Below are positions 42,414 to 52,468 of a stretch of 64,000 nucleotides of DNA, piece after piece. The position numbers and the translations under genes were made by a program. Origin of the DNA: Verrucomicrobiaceae bacterium (GTDB lineage Bacteria; Verrucomicrobiota; Verrucomicrobiia; Verrucomicrobiales; Akkermansiaceae); assembly GCA_051252135.1 (NCBI GenBank), contig JBPOGH010000006.1, forward strand, positions 128,001 through 192,000, written 5' to 3'. Within the stretch, counting starts at the first letter, position 1. Each line of letters opens with the position of its first letter. The notes under the pieces were generated by a model, which was not told where the DNA came from, made no database searches, and saw only the letters and a program-made list of their open reading frames with translations.

Positions 42414-43455
42414 CGGATGAGGGATTTGTTTTGGTGTGGGTGTTGGTAAAAAGGGAGATGAAATTGAGTCCGGATTTGCTGAGGCTGGCGCGGCGACCTT
42501 CACCGAGAAGGCGGCCGCGGGTGTAATAGGAGTGCTTTGAGCGGGTGGTGCGGACGTAGGTGACGGTGGGTTTGGATACCGCCCGGTGACTGGGGCTGAC
42601 GGAGAGAAGAATTCCCGATCCGGTGAAGGAGAGTTCCCAGGAAGTGCTGGGAGCGGTGTGATCTCCGCGCATGAGCCAAGGGTAGCGGGTGGTGATCTCG
42701 AGAGCTTCCTGGCGGGGGATGGCGACCTTGAAATAGGGGGAGGCTCCCTTGAGAAAGTCCGGGATGGTTAGGTCCGCATTGTTTTGGAGGGCAAGGAAGA
42801 GCGATGCAATATCGATTCCGATGAGGTTCATCCCGTTATGGGGACCGTGGGGGTTTTTTGATTTGAAGATGGCCTGATGCCAGTCGTCAAAATTTTCAGT
42901 GGCGAGCATGTTGAGCTCGAGGTGGAGATGGGCCCGTTCCCGTGAGATTCCCGCTCCGGTGTATCCCATGATGGCGATGGGGGCGCCGCCGAGGAGGCGC
43001 TGGCCGATCTCCACATTGATCTCGGAGAGGTGGGCGTAGAGGCTGAAGAAGGGGCCGTCCCCCCAGTTGTGTTCGATGACGATGTATTTGCCGTAGTTGC
43101 TGCCACCGGACGTTTGGTTGATGTAGACGACGGTGCCTGCGGCGATAGTGTAGATTTTATCAAGGGGGCGAAAACTTGAGTCCCGCTTGAGGGGTTTGAT
43201 GTCGAGTCCCTCGTGAAACTTGGTTGGAATGATTCCTTCGGATTCCGTGTTGATCAGAGTGCGGACGAATCCGTATTGACCGGCGGTCCATGGCTTTGAA
43301 GATTCGCCCTCGAAGGTCCGGGGGACCCACATGTAGTAGTCCTCGGGTTTGTTTTCGAGGAGGGCCCGGTTGTCGGTGGGGAGGGTGAGCTTGAGGGGCT
43401 CGGCACCGTGGAGGAGCGGGAAGGAAAGGAGGATGAGGAGGAGCAGCGGGCGCAT
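42403..43455 (-). CDS. M23 family metallopeptidase
   Basis: Signal peptide; HEGLD, YGKY, YAHL, HLHLE. Confidence 0.88.
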   Translation of the reverse strand: MRPLLLLILLSFPLLHGAEPLKLTLPTDNRALLENKPEDYYMWVPRTFEGESSKPWTAGQYGFVRTLINTESEGIIPTKFHEGLDIKPLKRDSSFRPLDKIYTIAAGTVVYINQTSGGSNYGKYIVIEHNWGDGPFFSLYAHLSEINVEIGQRLLGGAPIAIMGYTGAGISRERAHLHLELNMLATENFDDWHQAIFKSKNPHGPHNGMNLIGIDIASLFLALQNNADLTIPDFLKGASPYFKVAIPRQEALEITTRYPWLMRGDHTAPSTSWELSFTGSGILLSVSPSHRAVSKPTVTYVRTTRSKHSYYTRGRLLGEGRRASLSKSGLNFISLFTNTHTKTNPSSDDS

Positions 43456-43976
43456 TACTTTTTGGCGGCCTTCAGTTGTTTTTTGACGGCTTTTTTACGG
43501 GCGGCCCAGACTTCCGGAGTATCGCCGATGCGTGGAACCATGAGGTCGAACCGATGAACTTCATCGAGGGTGATTCCCTGCCAGACGACGAGGCGGCCAT
43601 CACGGACGGGTTGATCGATGAGGACGGCATCGAGGGCGCGCCCGTTGAACATGGCGACGAACCAACTGCGTTGGTTTTGAGTGGTGATGGCCGCGAGTCG
43701 GGCGGCGGCGGCTTTGGAGAGGACGAGGGTGGCTCCGAATCCGCCATTTTCAGCGGCGAAAGGAGAAAAGCCCTTGATGTCCTTGGTGACGACCTCGGGG
43801 CTGCGGCGGAAGAATATTTTCTGTCCGTAGACCGGGAGAGAGAAGACCATCTTGGGCCCTTCTTCTTCCTGGCTCTGCATGTGGAACGTGAGAGTGATGG
43901 GATCCGGCTTTTTCCCCATGGCATGAAGCAGGGGAGAGAGCGCGGCGAGAAGAAGAAAAGGCAGGAGGCAACGCAT
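43455..43976 (-). CDS. Secreted hypothetical protein (weak SecD/F P1-head-like resemblance)
   Basis: Signal peptide; stop abuts the M23 gene start. Confidence 0.65.
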   Translation of the reverse strand: MRCLLPFLLLAALSPLLHAMGKKPDPITLTFHMQSQEEEGPKMVFSLPVYGQKIFFRRSPEVVTKDIKGFSPFAAENGGFGATLVLSKAAAARLAAITTQNQRSWFVAMFNGRALDAVLIDQPVRDGRLVVWQGITLDEVHRFDLMVPRIGDTPEVWAARKKAVKKQLKAAKK

Positions 43977-44203
43977 GCCGAACTATGGGAACGGGTGTGG
44001 CTGGTGTAAAGGGAAGATGAGAGACGGTTTGGGAGAGGAGAAATCCGATTGGGGTGGTCGAATTCGGAGTGCGAGGCCGGTAGACAAGTGGACAGCTTGT
44101 AAAGATAGTGTCCAATCCGGGAAGGGGAATGAAAGGGGTAATGGAGGGGTGGAACGGGCCGTAAGTCTTATGGGGGCAGGATTTGAGATTGAAATGCCGT
44201 GGT

Positions 44204-44218
44204 TGGCACACATCCAGC
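44204..44218 (+). promoter_or_regulatory. Candidate sigma54 -24/-12 promoter for rimK
   Basis: TGGCACACATCCAGC: TGGCAC with GC at the consensus spacing. Confidence 0.5.
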
Positions 44219-44271
44219 CTTAGGAGGTGATCAAGGAAACAGACCTCTGTCGTTCCCAACCAGACACTATT

Positions 44272-45177
44272 ATGAAAATCGGAATTCTCTCTCGGAACAA
44301 AAACCTTTATTCGACCCGCCGCCTCGTGGAAGCGGCCAAAGAGCGCGGCCATGAGGTGGATGTGATCGACTACGTTCGTTGCTACATGAACATCGCGACC
44401 AAGCGTCCCTCTATCTATCTCGGTGATCGCGAGCTCAACAATTACGATGCGGTGATCCCCCGGATTGGGGCATCCCAGACGTTCTTCGGCACGGCGGTTG
44501 TGCGTCAATTTGAAATGATGGGGACGTATTCGGTGAATGAGTCGGTCGCGATTTCGCGTTCCCGGGACAAGCTGCGCAGCATGCAGCTGCTTTCCCGCCG
44601 TGGGGTGGGGCTTCCGGTGACGACCTTTGCCCATGACACCAAGGCGACCGGTTCCTTGATTGATTTGTGTGGTGGGGCGCCTGTGGTGGTGAAGTTGCTT
44701 GAAGGGACGCAGGGAGTGGGTGTGGTGCTGGCGGAGACGAGGAAGGCGGCGGAATCGGTTATTGAGGCCTTCCGTGGTCTGAATGCCAATATTCTGGTGC
44801 AGCAATTCGTCAAGGAAGCGGGAGGCGCGGACATTCGTTGCTTTGTGGTGGGAGGGAAAGTGGTCGCGGCGATGAAGCGGCAGGGAGCGGAGGGCGAGTT
44901 TCGCTCGAACTTGCATCGTGGTGGTAATGCGGCGCTGACCAAAATCACTCCGGCCGAGCGCGCTACGGCGGTGCAGGCGGCCAAGGTGATGGGGTTGAAT
45001 GTGGCAGGGGTGGACCTGCTTCGCTCGAATAGCGGGCCGGTGGTGATGGAGGTGAATTCGTCACCCGGTCTTGAGGGGATTGAGACGGCGACCAAAAAAG
45101 ATGTCGCGGGCACAATTATTGAGTTTATTGCTGCCAATGCCGGTCTTGGAAGTACTAAGACCAAGGGGAAGGGGTAA
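44272..45177 (+). CDS. rimK: RimK family ATP-grasp alpha-L-glutamate ligase
   Basis: [52 protein letters not shown]. Confidence 0.95.
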   Translation: MKIGILSRNKNLYSTRRLVEAAKERGHEVDVIDYVRCYMNIATKRPSIYLGDRELNNYDAVIPRIGASQTFFGTAVVRQFEMMGTYSVNESVAISRSRDKLRSMQLLSRRGVGLPVTTFAHDTKATGSLIDLCGGAPVVVKLLEGTQGVGVVLAETRKAAESVIEAFRGLNANILVQQFVKEAGGADIRCFVVGGKVVAAMKRQGAEGEFRSNLHRGGNAALTKITPAERATAVQAAKVMGLNVAGVDLLRSNSGPVVMEVNSSPGLEGIETATKKDVAGTIIEFIAANAGLGSTKTKGKG

Positions 45178-45188
45178 GCCAATCGAGA

Positions 45189-46295
45189 ATGAATTCAAAA
45201 GCAAAGCGCGAGTCTTTCGTCCTTGGGGATGTGAAGGTGGAACCGGGGACCAAGCAGAAGGTGGATCTCCCGATCGGGGTGTTTACCAACAATACTGCCG
45301 TGGATTTGGGAGTGGTGGTGGTGCATGGCCGCCGGCCGGGGCCTACGCTGTTGGTGACGGCCTGTATTCACGGGGATGAGATCAATGGTCTGGAGATCAT
45401 ACGCCGGATTTTGCGCAGCTCTACGCTGAAGAACTTGCGGGGAACCCTGCTCGCCGTTCCGATTATCAATGTTCCGGCATTTTTGAACCGTTCGCGATAT
45501 CTCCCGGACCGCCGCGATCTCAACCGGCTCTTTCCGGGGTCGGAGAAAGGTTCGCTGGGGGCTCGTCTGGCCAGGGTGATTACCACCGAGTTAATCACGC
45601 GTTGCGATGCGGTCATCGATTTGCACACCGGTGCGGTGAATCGTGCCAATTTGCCGCAGATTCGGACGACCTCGGGCGACGAGAAATCGCTGATGTTGGC
45701 GACTACCTTCGGTTCACCGGTGGCGCTTACGTCGAACCTTCGTCCCGGATCGTTTCGGGCGACGTGCCATGAGAACGGAAAACCGATGATCCTTTTTGAA
45801 AGTGGTGAAGCTCTCCGTCTCGATGCGCCGTCGATCCGGTTTGGAAAGCAGGGAGTTATTTCGGTGATGCGTCATTTGCATATGCTTCCGGCACGGAAGT
45901 CCAAGAATCTTAATCCTGACGGGCGCTCCCGGAAGACGCACACGGTTGTTTGTGAAAAGAGCTATTGGGAGCGTGCGCCGATTGGAGGAGTGTTCACGCC
46001 TTTGGTGGCATTGGGGCAGACTGTTGAACGGGACGAGGTTCTTGGTTTTGTCGCCGATCCCTTTGGGGGGGATGAGACGCCGATTGTGGCAGCACGGCAG
46101 GGAGTGTTGATTGGACGGACGAATGAGGGGGTGGCGGACGAAGGTGATGCGCTGTTTCACATCGCGGTCCACGAAGATTTGAACCAAGCCCGGGACGGGA
46201 TCGCCCGATCGAACAGCAGTGTGAGCGGAAAAGAGGATCACCCGGTGCCTTATGACCCCTTTATGGAAGCTGGTGACTCATCGGACGATGACTAG
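45189..46295 (+). CDS. Succinylglutamate desuccinylase/aspartoacylase family protein
   Basis: IHGDEING, RYLPDRRDLNRLFPG, IDLHTG. Confidence 0.92.
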   Translation: MNSKAKRESFVLGDVKVEPGTKQKVDLPIGVFTNNTAVDLGVVVVHGRRPGPTLLVTACIHGDEINGLEIIRRILRSSTLKNLRGTLLAVPIINVPAFLNRSRYLPDRRDLNRLFPGSEKGSLGARLARVITTELITRCDAVIDLHTGAVNRANLPQIRTTSGDEKSLMLATTFGSPVALTSNLRPGSFRATCHENGKPMILFESGEALRLDAPSIRFGKQGVISVMRHLHMLPARKSKNLNPDGRSRKTHTVVCEKSYWERAPIGGVFTPLVALGQTVERDEVLGFVADPFGGDETPIVAARQGVLIGRTNEGVADEGDALFHIAVHEDLNQARDGIARSNSSVSGKEDHPVPYDPFMEAGDSSDDD

Positions 46296-46412
46296 CTCTT
46301 GACTCCCGAGTAACCGAAAGGTGAGCGTAGATTCCGCATTGGGTATTTCCTAATGGAGGGATCGGAAATGACCAATTTACGAACGAAACGAAGTACCTGA
46401 ACCGATCAATTT

Positions 46413-47798
46413 ATGTCTGAAGAATTACTCCTGGAACCTGAAGAGAATACGACTCCTCGATACAAGCGGCTCACCGAGGCGGTTGACGCGGGGGATCAGT
46501 TGGCGGCGCATGACATCATCTCGGAGGCATCTCCCGATGATCAGCGTCGTATCATTGCGCAGCTGGATCTGCAGACGAGGGAGTTGCTTTGTGAGCTTCT
46601 CCCGGCGGAGGAAATTGCCGATCTTCTGGAGAACCTGGCGGAAGCGCAGGCGGTGGAGCTCCTGGAAGAACTACCGGCCGGGATTGCGGCGGATGTGGTG
46701 GAGGAGATGGATGCCGACATTGGCGGAGACCTGCTGCGGGAACTTGATGAGGAGGACAGTGAGGCCATTCTTGCGGAGATTGACGACCATGATGAATCGG
46801 CCGATCTCCGGGAGCGGGTGAGCTATGAGTGGGATAGTGCGGGGGGAATGATGTCCGACCAGGTGGTGAGCTTCCCGGCGACGGTGACGGTGAAGGATGT
46901 GCTGGCGGACTTGGGAGACAAAGCGGAGGAGTATTCCGATGCGGATGTGCAGTATTTCTACGTGGTGGATGAGGAGAAACGCCTTGTCGGAGTTCTCACG
47001 CTGCGGAGTCTTGTATTGGGCCGACGGGTGACACCGATTCAGGCCTTGATGCTTCCGGATCCGGTGTCGGTTCACGTTAATACCAAGCTGGAAGAGCTGG
47101 AGGACATCTTTGATGATAAGGCCTATCTGGGGCTTCCGGTGGTTGATGACGATGGTCGTTTGCGAGGTGTGGTGTCGCGAGAAGCGGTGCAGGATGCGCT
47201 TTCCGAGAACCGGACCGAGGATTTCCTGAAGGCATCCGGTATTGTGGGTGGTGAGGAGATTCGGTCGATGCCCTTGAAGGACCGTTGTGCCCGCCGTCTG
47301 GCTTGGCTGGGGCCCAACATTGTGCTCAATCTTTTGGCGGCGAGTGTCATTGCCTCCTACGAAGATACTCTACAGGCGGTGATCGCGCTGGCGGTGTTTC
47401 TGCCGATGGTCTCGGATATGAGCGGATGCTCGGGGAACCAGGCGGTGGCGGTGAGTATTCGTGAGCTGACGCTCGGAATCATCCAGCCCCGGGACTATCT
47501 CCGGGTGCTGATCAAGGAGGGGTTATTGGGGGTGACGAACGGGGTGATCCTGGGAGTTGTGCTGGGAACGCTGGCGGCCGTTTGGAAGGGCAGTGTCTTT
47601 CTTGGGCTCGTGGTGGGCTCGGCGCTGATGCTCAACACCATTCTCTCGGTATTGCTGGGCGGGTTGATTCCACTTGTATTGAAGAGGTTCAAAGCAGACC
47701 CTGCGCTGGCTTCCGGACCGATCCTGACGACGTGCACTGACATGTGTGGCTTCTTCCTCGTTTTGAATCTCGCCAGCATGGTGATTACGAAGCTCTAA
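46413..47798 (+). CDS. mgtE: Magnesium transporter MgtE
   Basis: Acidic N-domain, CBS pair, DMSGCSGNQ, DPALASGP..TT.TD. Confidence 0.95.
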   Translation: MSEELLLEPEENTTPRYKRLTEAVDAGDQLAAHDIISEASPDDQRRIIAQLDLQTRELLCELLPAEEIADLLENLAEAQAVELLEELPAGIAADVVEEMDADIGGDLLRELDEEDSEAILAEIDDHDESADLRERVSYEWDSAGGMMSDQVVSFPATVTVKDVLADLGDKAEEYSDADVQYFYVVDEEKRLVGVLTLRSLVLGRRVTPIQALMLPDPVSVHVNTKLEELEDIFDDKAYLGLPVVDDDGRLRGVVSREAVQDALSENRTEDFLKASGIVGGEEIRSMPLKDRCARRLAWLGPNIVLNLLAASVIASYEDTLQAVIALAVFLPMVSDMSGCSGNQAVAVSIRELTLGIIQPRDYLRVLIKEGLLGVTNGVILGVVLGTLAAVWKGSVFLGLVVGSALMLNTILSVLLGGLIPLVLKRFKADPALASGPILTTCTDMCGFFLVLNLASMVITKL

Positions 47799-47801
47799 AA
47801 T

Positions 47802-48836
47802 ATGGATTACTTAATCTGGTTGGGCATTCTGGTTTGCATTCTCCATTCGGCGATGTTTTCGGGAGCGAACCTCGCGTTCTTTTCGCTGGGGCGGATGCGG
47901 CTGGAAGCCGAAGCGGAGAAGGGGAGTGCGTCAGCGAGCAAGGTGTTGCGGCTACGGGAAGACTCGAATCTTTTGCTTTGCACGATCTTGTGGGGAAATG
48001 TCAGTGCGAACGTGCTGCTATCGCTTCTCAGTGAGAGTGTGTTTGCGGGGGTGGGTGGCTTTCTGTTTTCGACGGTTGGGATTACCTTTTTCGGAGAGAT
48101 TATTCCCCAGGCTTATTTTTCACGGCACGCGATGAGGGTGGGGGCGTTGCTCTCCCCGGTGATGCGCTTTTACCAAATTCTTCTGTTTCCGGTGACCAAG
48201 GCGTGTGCTTTGATTTTGGATGGGTGGATCGGGCCGGAGGGTCCGACCTTTTTCCGCGAACGGGATTTGGAGATCATTCTGGAGAAGCACATTCATGAAT
48301 CGTCCTCCGAGATCAGTGCGAATGAGGGTCAGGGTGCGCTGAACTTCCTCGACCTTGATGATCGTCGTATCTCCAGTGAAGGAAATCCCATCACGGAAGG
48401 GACGATCTACAGGTTTCCCTGTCGGCTTGATCTCCCTACTATTCCGCCGCTTGATTCGCCGGAGGGGCAGACCTTTATTGAATCCTTGAAAACCCATCCC
48501 TATTCCTGGGCGGTGATTGAGGATGCGGATTCGGACGCGCCTGTTTTGGTGCTGGATACGACAAGTTTCCTCACGGAGCTCTTTGTGAAGGGGAATGAGG
48601 CCGATCCTTACCAGCATTGCCACCGGCCCATCATTGTAACTGATGACAGTGTGCATCTTGACGATGTGCTGGGGGACTTTGTGGTGGAGGCGGAGCACAA
48701 GGATGACCACGTGGTGGATAACGACGTGGTGCTTTATTGGACGGGGGAGATGAAGCGAATCATCACGGGGGCTGACATTTTCGGTCGCCTGCTTAAGGGG
48801 ATTGCGAAGCGGGTGCCCTCGAAGCCGCAGGGTTAG
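47802..48836 (+). CDS. CNNM/DUF21 domain membrane protein
   Basis: SAMFSG, LLCTILWGNV, FGEIIPQ. Confidence 0.88.
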   Translation: MDYLIWLGILVCILHSAMFSGANLAFFSLGRMRLEAEAEKGSASASKVLRLREDSNLLLCTILWGNVSANVLLSLLSESVFAGVGGFLFSTVGITFFGEIIPQAYFSRHAMRVGALLSPVMRFYQILLFPVTKACALILDGWIGPEGPTFFRERDLEIILEKHIHESSSEISANEGQGALNFLDLDDRRISSEGNPITEGTIYRFPCRLDLPTIPPLDSPEGQTFIESLKTHPYSWAVIEDADSDAPVLVLDTTSFLTELFVKGNEADPYQHCHRPIIVTDDSVHLDDVLGDFVVEAEHKDDHVVDNDVVLYWTGEMKRIITGADIFGRLLKGIAKRVPSKPQG

Positions 48837-49015
48837 AGAGCTCCCTTTGGCCTGAAACCGACTTGGGTTGGTGGTTTCAGATTGCAAGGTGTCTTGTAAT
48901 TGGACATTTTAGTAAGTTTTGGATGCAATTAGCCATTGCTTTCCACGAGTCTTAAGAGGGGTGCGTTTTCCGTAAGTGGCTCTTTGTGAGTGTGTTAAGG
49001 GGGTTGTTTCAGGGT

Positions 49016-49030
49016 TGGCACGCTGCGAGC
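49016..49030 (+). promoter_or_regulatory. Candidate sigma54 -24/-12 promoter
   Basis: TGGCACGCTGCGAGC, 75 bp upstream of the OMP gene. Confidence 0.6.
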
Positions 49031-49105
49031 GATAGAGGGGGCAAGAGTGATCCAAAAATTAGGAAGCTCTCCAAACGGGGCCAAACCCCTACCCCAAGAT
49101 AAAGA

Positions 49106-49729
49106 ATGAAAAACACCATTAAGAACATTGCCCTTACCGGCTCCATTTTGTCCCTCTCATCAGTTGCCTTCGCGGGTGACTACATGGTTCCCGGCGACAA
49201 CGCTGTGGCCGTACGTGGCGACGAAGATAGCATTGGCAAGAAGATGCTCAGAACCCCAGGCCGCGTGCTCAATGTGGGCGACGGCATGCTTCCCATGCTT
49301 TCCGAAGGCACCCAGGAATTTGGTGTGTCCGGTAACGTCAACTATGCTGATGACGTAGCCTACAACCTCAACCTTAGCTACGGTTGGTTCATCAAAGACC
49401 GCTGGGAATTCGGCTTCAACGCCGGTGTCCAGGGTGTCGAGAGTGACATCAACTTCAGTGTTGGTCTCTTCACGGAATACAACTGGTTGATCGAAAACTC
49501 CAAGTGGGTTCCTTTCGTCGGTTTCTCGACCAACTGGGCGAAGCTTGACTCCGGTGCCTTCGACGCAGACTCGATCGCTCTTGGACTCGACGTAGGTGTG
49601 AAATACTTCATCCGTGAGAACATCGCATTGAGCTTCTCGATCGGTGCTGACTACGCCTTCGACGACGTCTTCCCAGGCGGCGACGACTTTGCGAAGCAGA
49701 TCAACATCGGAACTCGCTTCTACTTCTAA
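49106..49729 (+). CDS. Small outer-membrane beta-barrel protein
   Basis: Signal peptide, alternating beta-strand pattern, C-terminal RFYF. Confidence 0.85.
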   Translation: MKNTIKNIALTGSILSLSSVAFAGDYMVPGDNAVAVRGDEDSIGKKMLRTPGRVLNVGDGMLPMLSEGTQEFGVSGNVNYADDVAYNLNLSYGWFIKDRWEFGFNAGVQGVESDINFSVGLFTEYNWLIENSKWVPFVGFSTNWAKLDSGAFDADSIALGLDVGVKYFIRENIALSFSIGADYAFDDVFPGGDDFAKQINIGTRFYF

Positions 49730-49774
49730 AACTCAAATTTAAAACAGAAAGAATAGTCTGTTTTTTATGACCGG

Positions 49775-49813
49775 CTGGCCTTCTTTCCTTCGGGGTAGAG
49801 GGCCAGTTTTTTT
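49775..49813 (+). terminator. Rho-independent terminator
   Basis: CTGGCCTTCT...TTCG...AGAGGGCCAG followed by T7. Confidence 0.75.
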
Positions 49814-49856
49814 GTGCCGGTATTAGGGAAGGGTTGATTGCGGGAGGCCTTTCTCG

Positions 49857-50174
49857 TTAGTAAATAAAGGGGAGGAAAAAAGTGATGATCGGGCTGATGC
49901 CGATGAGTGCGATGAGGAATGAATAGAGGCGGAACCTGGGATTGGGCGCATTGGGTTCCCTTATCGACATTCGGCACGAGAACCAGATGGTGAGGGTGAT
50001 GGCGCAACAGGAGCTCAATAACCAGGCTACGTCGATGATGTCCCCCAGCCTGAGTTCGAAGTGCTGCTGAGGGATGTGTTTAAGACGGAGGATTGCGATG
50101 ATCCAAGCGCTGGACACGAGGCCGAGGATCAATCGACCTGCGAGTCTTTCGGCAGCAGAATCCGATGGCTTCAT
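49857..50174 (-). CDS. Small 3-TM hypothetical membrane protein
   Basis: 105 aa, three hydrophobic segments, 8 bp after the MBL gene. Confidence 0.55.
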   Translation of the reverse strand: MKPSDSAAERLAGRLILGLVSSAWIIAILRLKHIPQQHFELRLGDIIDVAWLLSSCCAITLTIWFSCRMSIREPNAPNPRFRLYSFLIALIGISPIITFFLPFIY

Positions 50175-50182
50175 TCTTCAGC

Positions 50183-50785
50183 TTAACCCCGGATGAAGGG
50201 GTTGCTGCGTTTTTCCTGGCCGATGGTGGTGGCGGGGCCGTGGCCGGGGAAGACGCGGGTGTCCTCGGGGAGGGTGTAGAGTTTTTCGGAGATGGAGGCC
50301 ATGAGGAGGTCGTGATCGCCTTGGGGGAGGTCGGTGCGTCCGACGCCACCCTGGAAGAGGGCGTCGCCGCCGAAGAGGGCTCCTTCCGAGGGGAAGTGGA
50401 AGGCGAGAGAGTCGGGGGAGTGGCCGGGGACGTGGAGGATGTCGATGGTGACTTCGCCGACGGTGATGGAGGTTTCGCCTTTGAGGAGTTGGTCGATGGT
50501 AAAGGGCGGGACGTTGACGGGGAGGCCCCACTCGCGGGCGCGTTGATCCATGACGAGGTCGGGATCGTAGGCGGCGTAGGAGTATTTTTTGGCGGCGATG
50601 ATGTCGGCGTCTTCAACGTGGTCGAAGTGCTGATGAGTGAGGAAGAGGTGGTCGGCGGAGAGGTTTTCGTAGCCGATGAAGTCGTTGATTCCTTCAGGGG
50701 CGTCGAAGACGAAGAGGCCGGCGGAGGTTTTGACGAGGTAGCCGTTGGTTTGGACGGAGCCGCCGGTGTAGGTGGTGATTTCCAT
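50183..50785 (-). CDS. MBL-fold metallo-hydrolase (glyoxalase II-like)
   Basis: THQHFDH, PGHSP, GDALF, GRTD, PGHG. Confidence 0.92.
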   Translation of the reverse strand: MEITTYTGGSVQTNGYLVKTSAGLFVFDAPEGINDFIGYENLSADHLFLTHQHFDHVEDADIIAAKKYSYAAYDPDLVMDQRAREWGLPVNVPPFTIDQLLKGETSITVGEVTIDILHVPGHSPDSLAFHFPSEGALFGGDALFQGGVGRTDLPQGDHDLLMASISEKLYTLPEDTRVFPGHGPATTIGQEKRSNPFIRG

Positions 50786-50788
50786 GGT

Positions 50789-51868
50789 TTAGGAGCGGAG
50801 GTGGTTGATGGCGGGGAGGATGGCGTCGGTGGGGACGGTGTCGCAGGTGATGCCGTGGCCGAGTTTGTCGAGGAGGACGAAGGTCTTTTTGCCGCCGGAG
50901 AATTTTTTGTCGCGGGCGAGTTTTTCGAGGACGACCTCCGAGGAGATGTCGGATGGCAGTTCGAGGGGGAGCTGGAAGTGCTTGAGGAGGGCGAGGATGC
51001 GGTCGCTTTCGGCCCGGGTGAGTCCGGCGTGGTCCTCGGAAAGTTGGAGCGCGGCGCGGATGCCGAGGGAGATGGCTTCGCCATGGAGGAGGGTGCCGTA
51101 GGGGACGGAGGCCTCAATGCCGTGGCCGATGGTGTGGCCGAAGTTGAGGAGAGCGCGGGTGCCGGAGGTTTCCTTTTCGTCTTCCTCGACGACGCGGGCT
51201 TTGATGGCGACGTTGCGCGCGATGAGCTCGGCAGGGACGTGTTGGTTGAGGGGATCGAGGGCTTCGAGGTCGGCGAGCATGTCGGCATCGCGGATGGCGG
51301 CGTGCTTGATGACTTCGGCGAAGCCTTCGCGGAACTCACGGGGCTCGAGGGTGAGGAGGGTGTCGGGGTCGGTGAGGACGAGGCGGGGTTGGTGGAAGGC
51401 GCCGATGAGGTTTTTGCCTTCGGGTGAGTTGACTCCGGTTTTTCCGCCGACGGCGGAGTCGACTTGAGCGACGATGGTGGTGGGGATTTGGACGAAGGGG
51501 ATGCCGCGGTAGAAGATGGCGGCAACGAAGCCTGCGAGGTCGCCGGTGACGCCACCGCCGAGGGCGACGACGAAGGATGAGCGGTCGTGCTTGGCGCGGG
51601 TGAGTTCATTGCAGAGCTCGCCGGTTTGAGCCATGGATTTGGAGGCTTCGCCGGCGGGGAAGATGTGGGTGGTGACCTCGTATCCGGATGCGGCCATGGA
51701 GGCGGCGACATTTTCGAGGTAGTGGGGGGCGACGTTGGAATCGGTGATGATGGCGGCGCGGCCTTTGAGACCGGCGGCTTTGATTCGTTCGCCGGCTTCG
51801 GCGATGATGCCGGGGGCGAGGAGGATGTCGTAGGAGCGGTTGCCGAGATCGACGTGGACTTGGTTCAT
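50789..51868 (-). CDS. aroB: 3-dehydroquinate synthase
   Basis: GGGVTGDL, PTT..AQVDSAVGGKTG, LNFGHTIGH, LHGEA. Confidence 0.97.
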   Translation of the reverse strand: MNQVHVDLGNRSYDILLAPGIIAEAGERIKAAGLKGRAAIITDSNVAPHYLENVAASMAASGYEVTTHIFPAGEASKSMAQTGELCNELTRAKHDRSSFVVALGGGVTGDLAGFVAAIFYRGIPFVQIPTTIVAQVDSAVGGKTGVNSPEGKNLIGAFHQPRLVLTDPDTLLTLEPREFREGFAEVIKHAAIRDADMLADLEALDPLNQHVPAELIARNVAIKARVVEEDEKETSGTRALLNFGHTIGHGIEASVPYGTLLHGEAISLGIRAALQLSEDHAGLTRAESDRILALLKHFQLPLELPSDISSEVVLEKLARDKKFSGGKKTFVLLDKLGHGITCDTVPTDAILPAINHLRS

Positions 51869-52464
51869 GAGTGACGTAGGCGATGCCAGGTTGAGGTGTC
51901 AGGACGGAGGAGGATATCGAGGGATGATTCCGCGAGATCGAATTCCGCGATAAGGTGCTTGAGAAGGGCGAGGGAGGCAAGCGCATCGTAGAGTGCGTCG
52001 TGCCAATCGCGCTCGGGTGCGTGGTGGGCGAAATCGGTGAGGCCGAGGGCGGTGCAGAGATCGCCAAGGGAGTGGGAGGGTTGATCGGGCCAGGCGGCGC
52101 GGGCGAGCTGGAGGGTGTCGATCCAGGGGCCGAAGCGGTGACCGGGGAAGGCGCGGAGGAAGCGTTTTTCGGTGCCGTGTCCGTGGGCGACGATGGGGCC
52201 TTGGCCGAGGCGTTGTTTCAGGAGGGGCCAGAGGGTGAGAAGCGGGGGGGCGTCGAGGAGGTCATCGGTGGTGATGCCGTGGACTTTTTGGGCTGACCAA
52301 GTGATGTCCTGATCGCACTGGAGGAAGGAGACGTAGGGATCGTGAATGTCGTCGGTGTGGGACCAGCTTCCCAAGCCGATTTGGACGGGTGCGTCGGTGC
52401 GTCCTTTGGCGGTGCCGGCAGACTCGAAGTCGATGGCGGTGAAGATGGATTGGGAGATTTTGAT
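51865..52464 (-). CDS. DEDDh 3'-5' exonuclease (DnaQ-like); apparent non-canonical ATC start
   Basis: Frame extends upstream of the ORF-track start to include TAIDFESAG (ExoI); also VHGIT, IDTL, HDALYDA. Confidence 0.8.
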   Translation of the reverse strand: MKISQSIFTAIDFESAGTAKGRTDAPVQIGLGSWSHTDDIHDPYVSFLQCDQDITWSAQKVHGITTDDLLDAPPLLTLWPLLKQRLGQGPIVAHGHGTEKRFLRAFPGHRFGPWIDTLQLARAAWPDQPSHSLGDLCTALGLTDFAHHAPERDWHDALYDALASLALLKHLIAEFDLAESSLDILLRPDTSTWHRLRHS

Positions 52465-52468
52465 GGAA

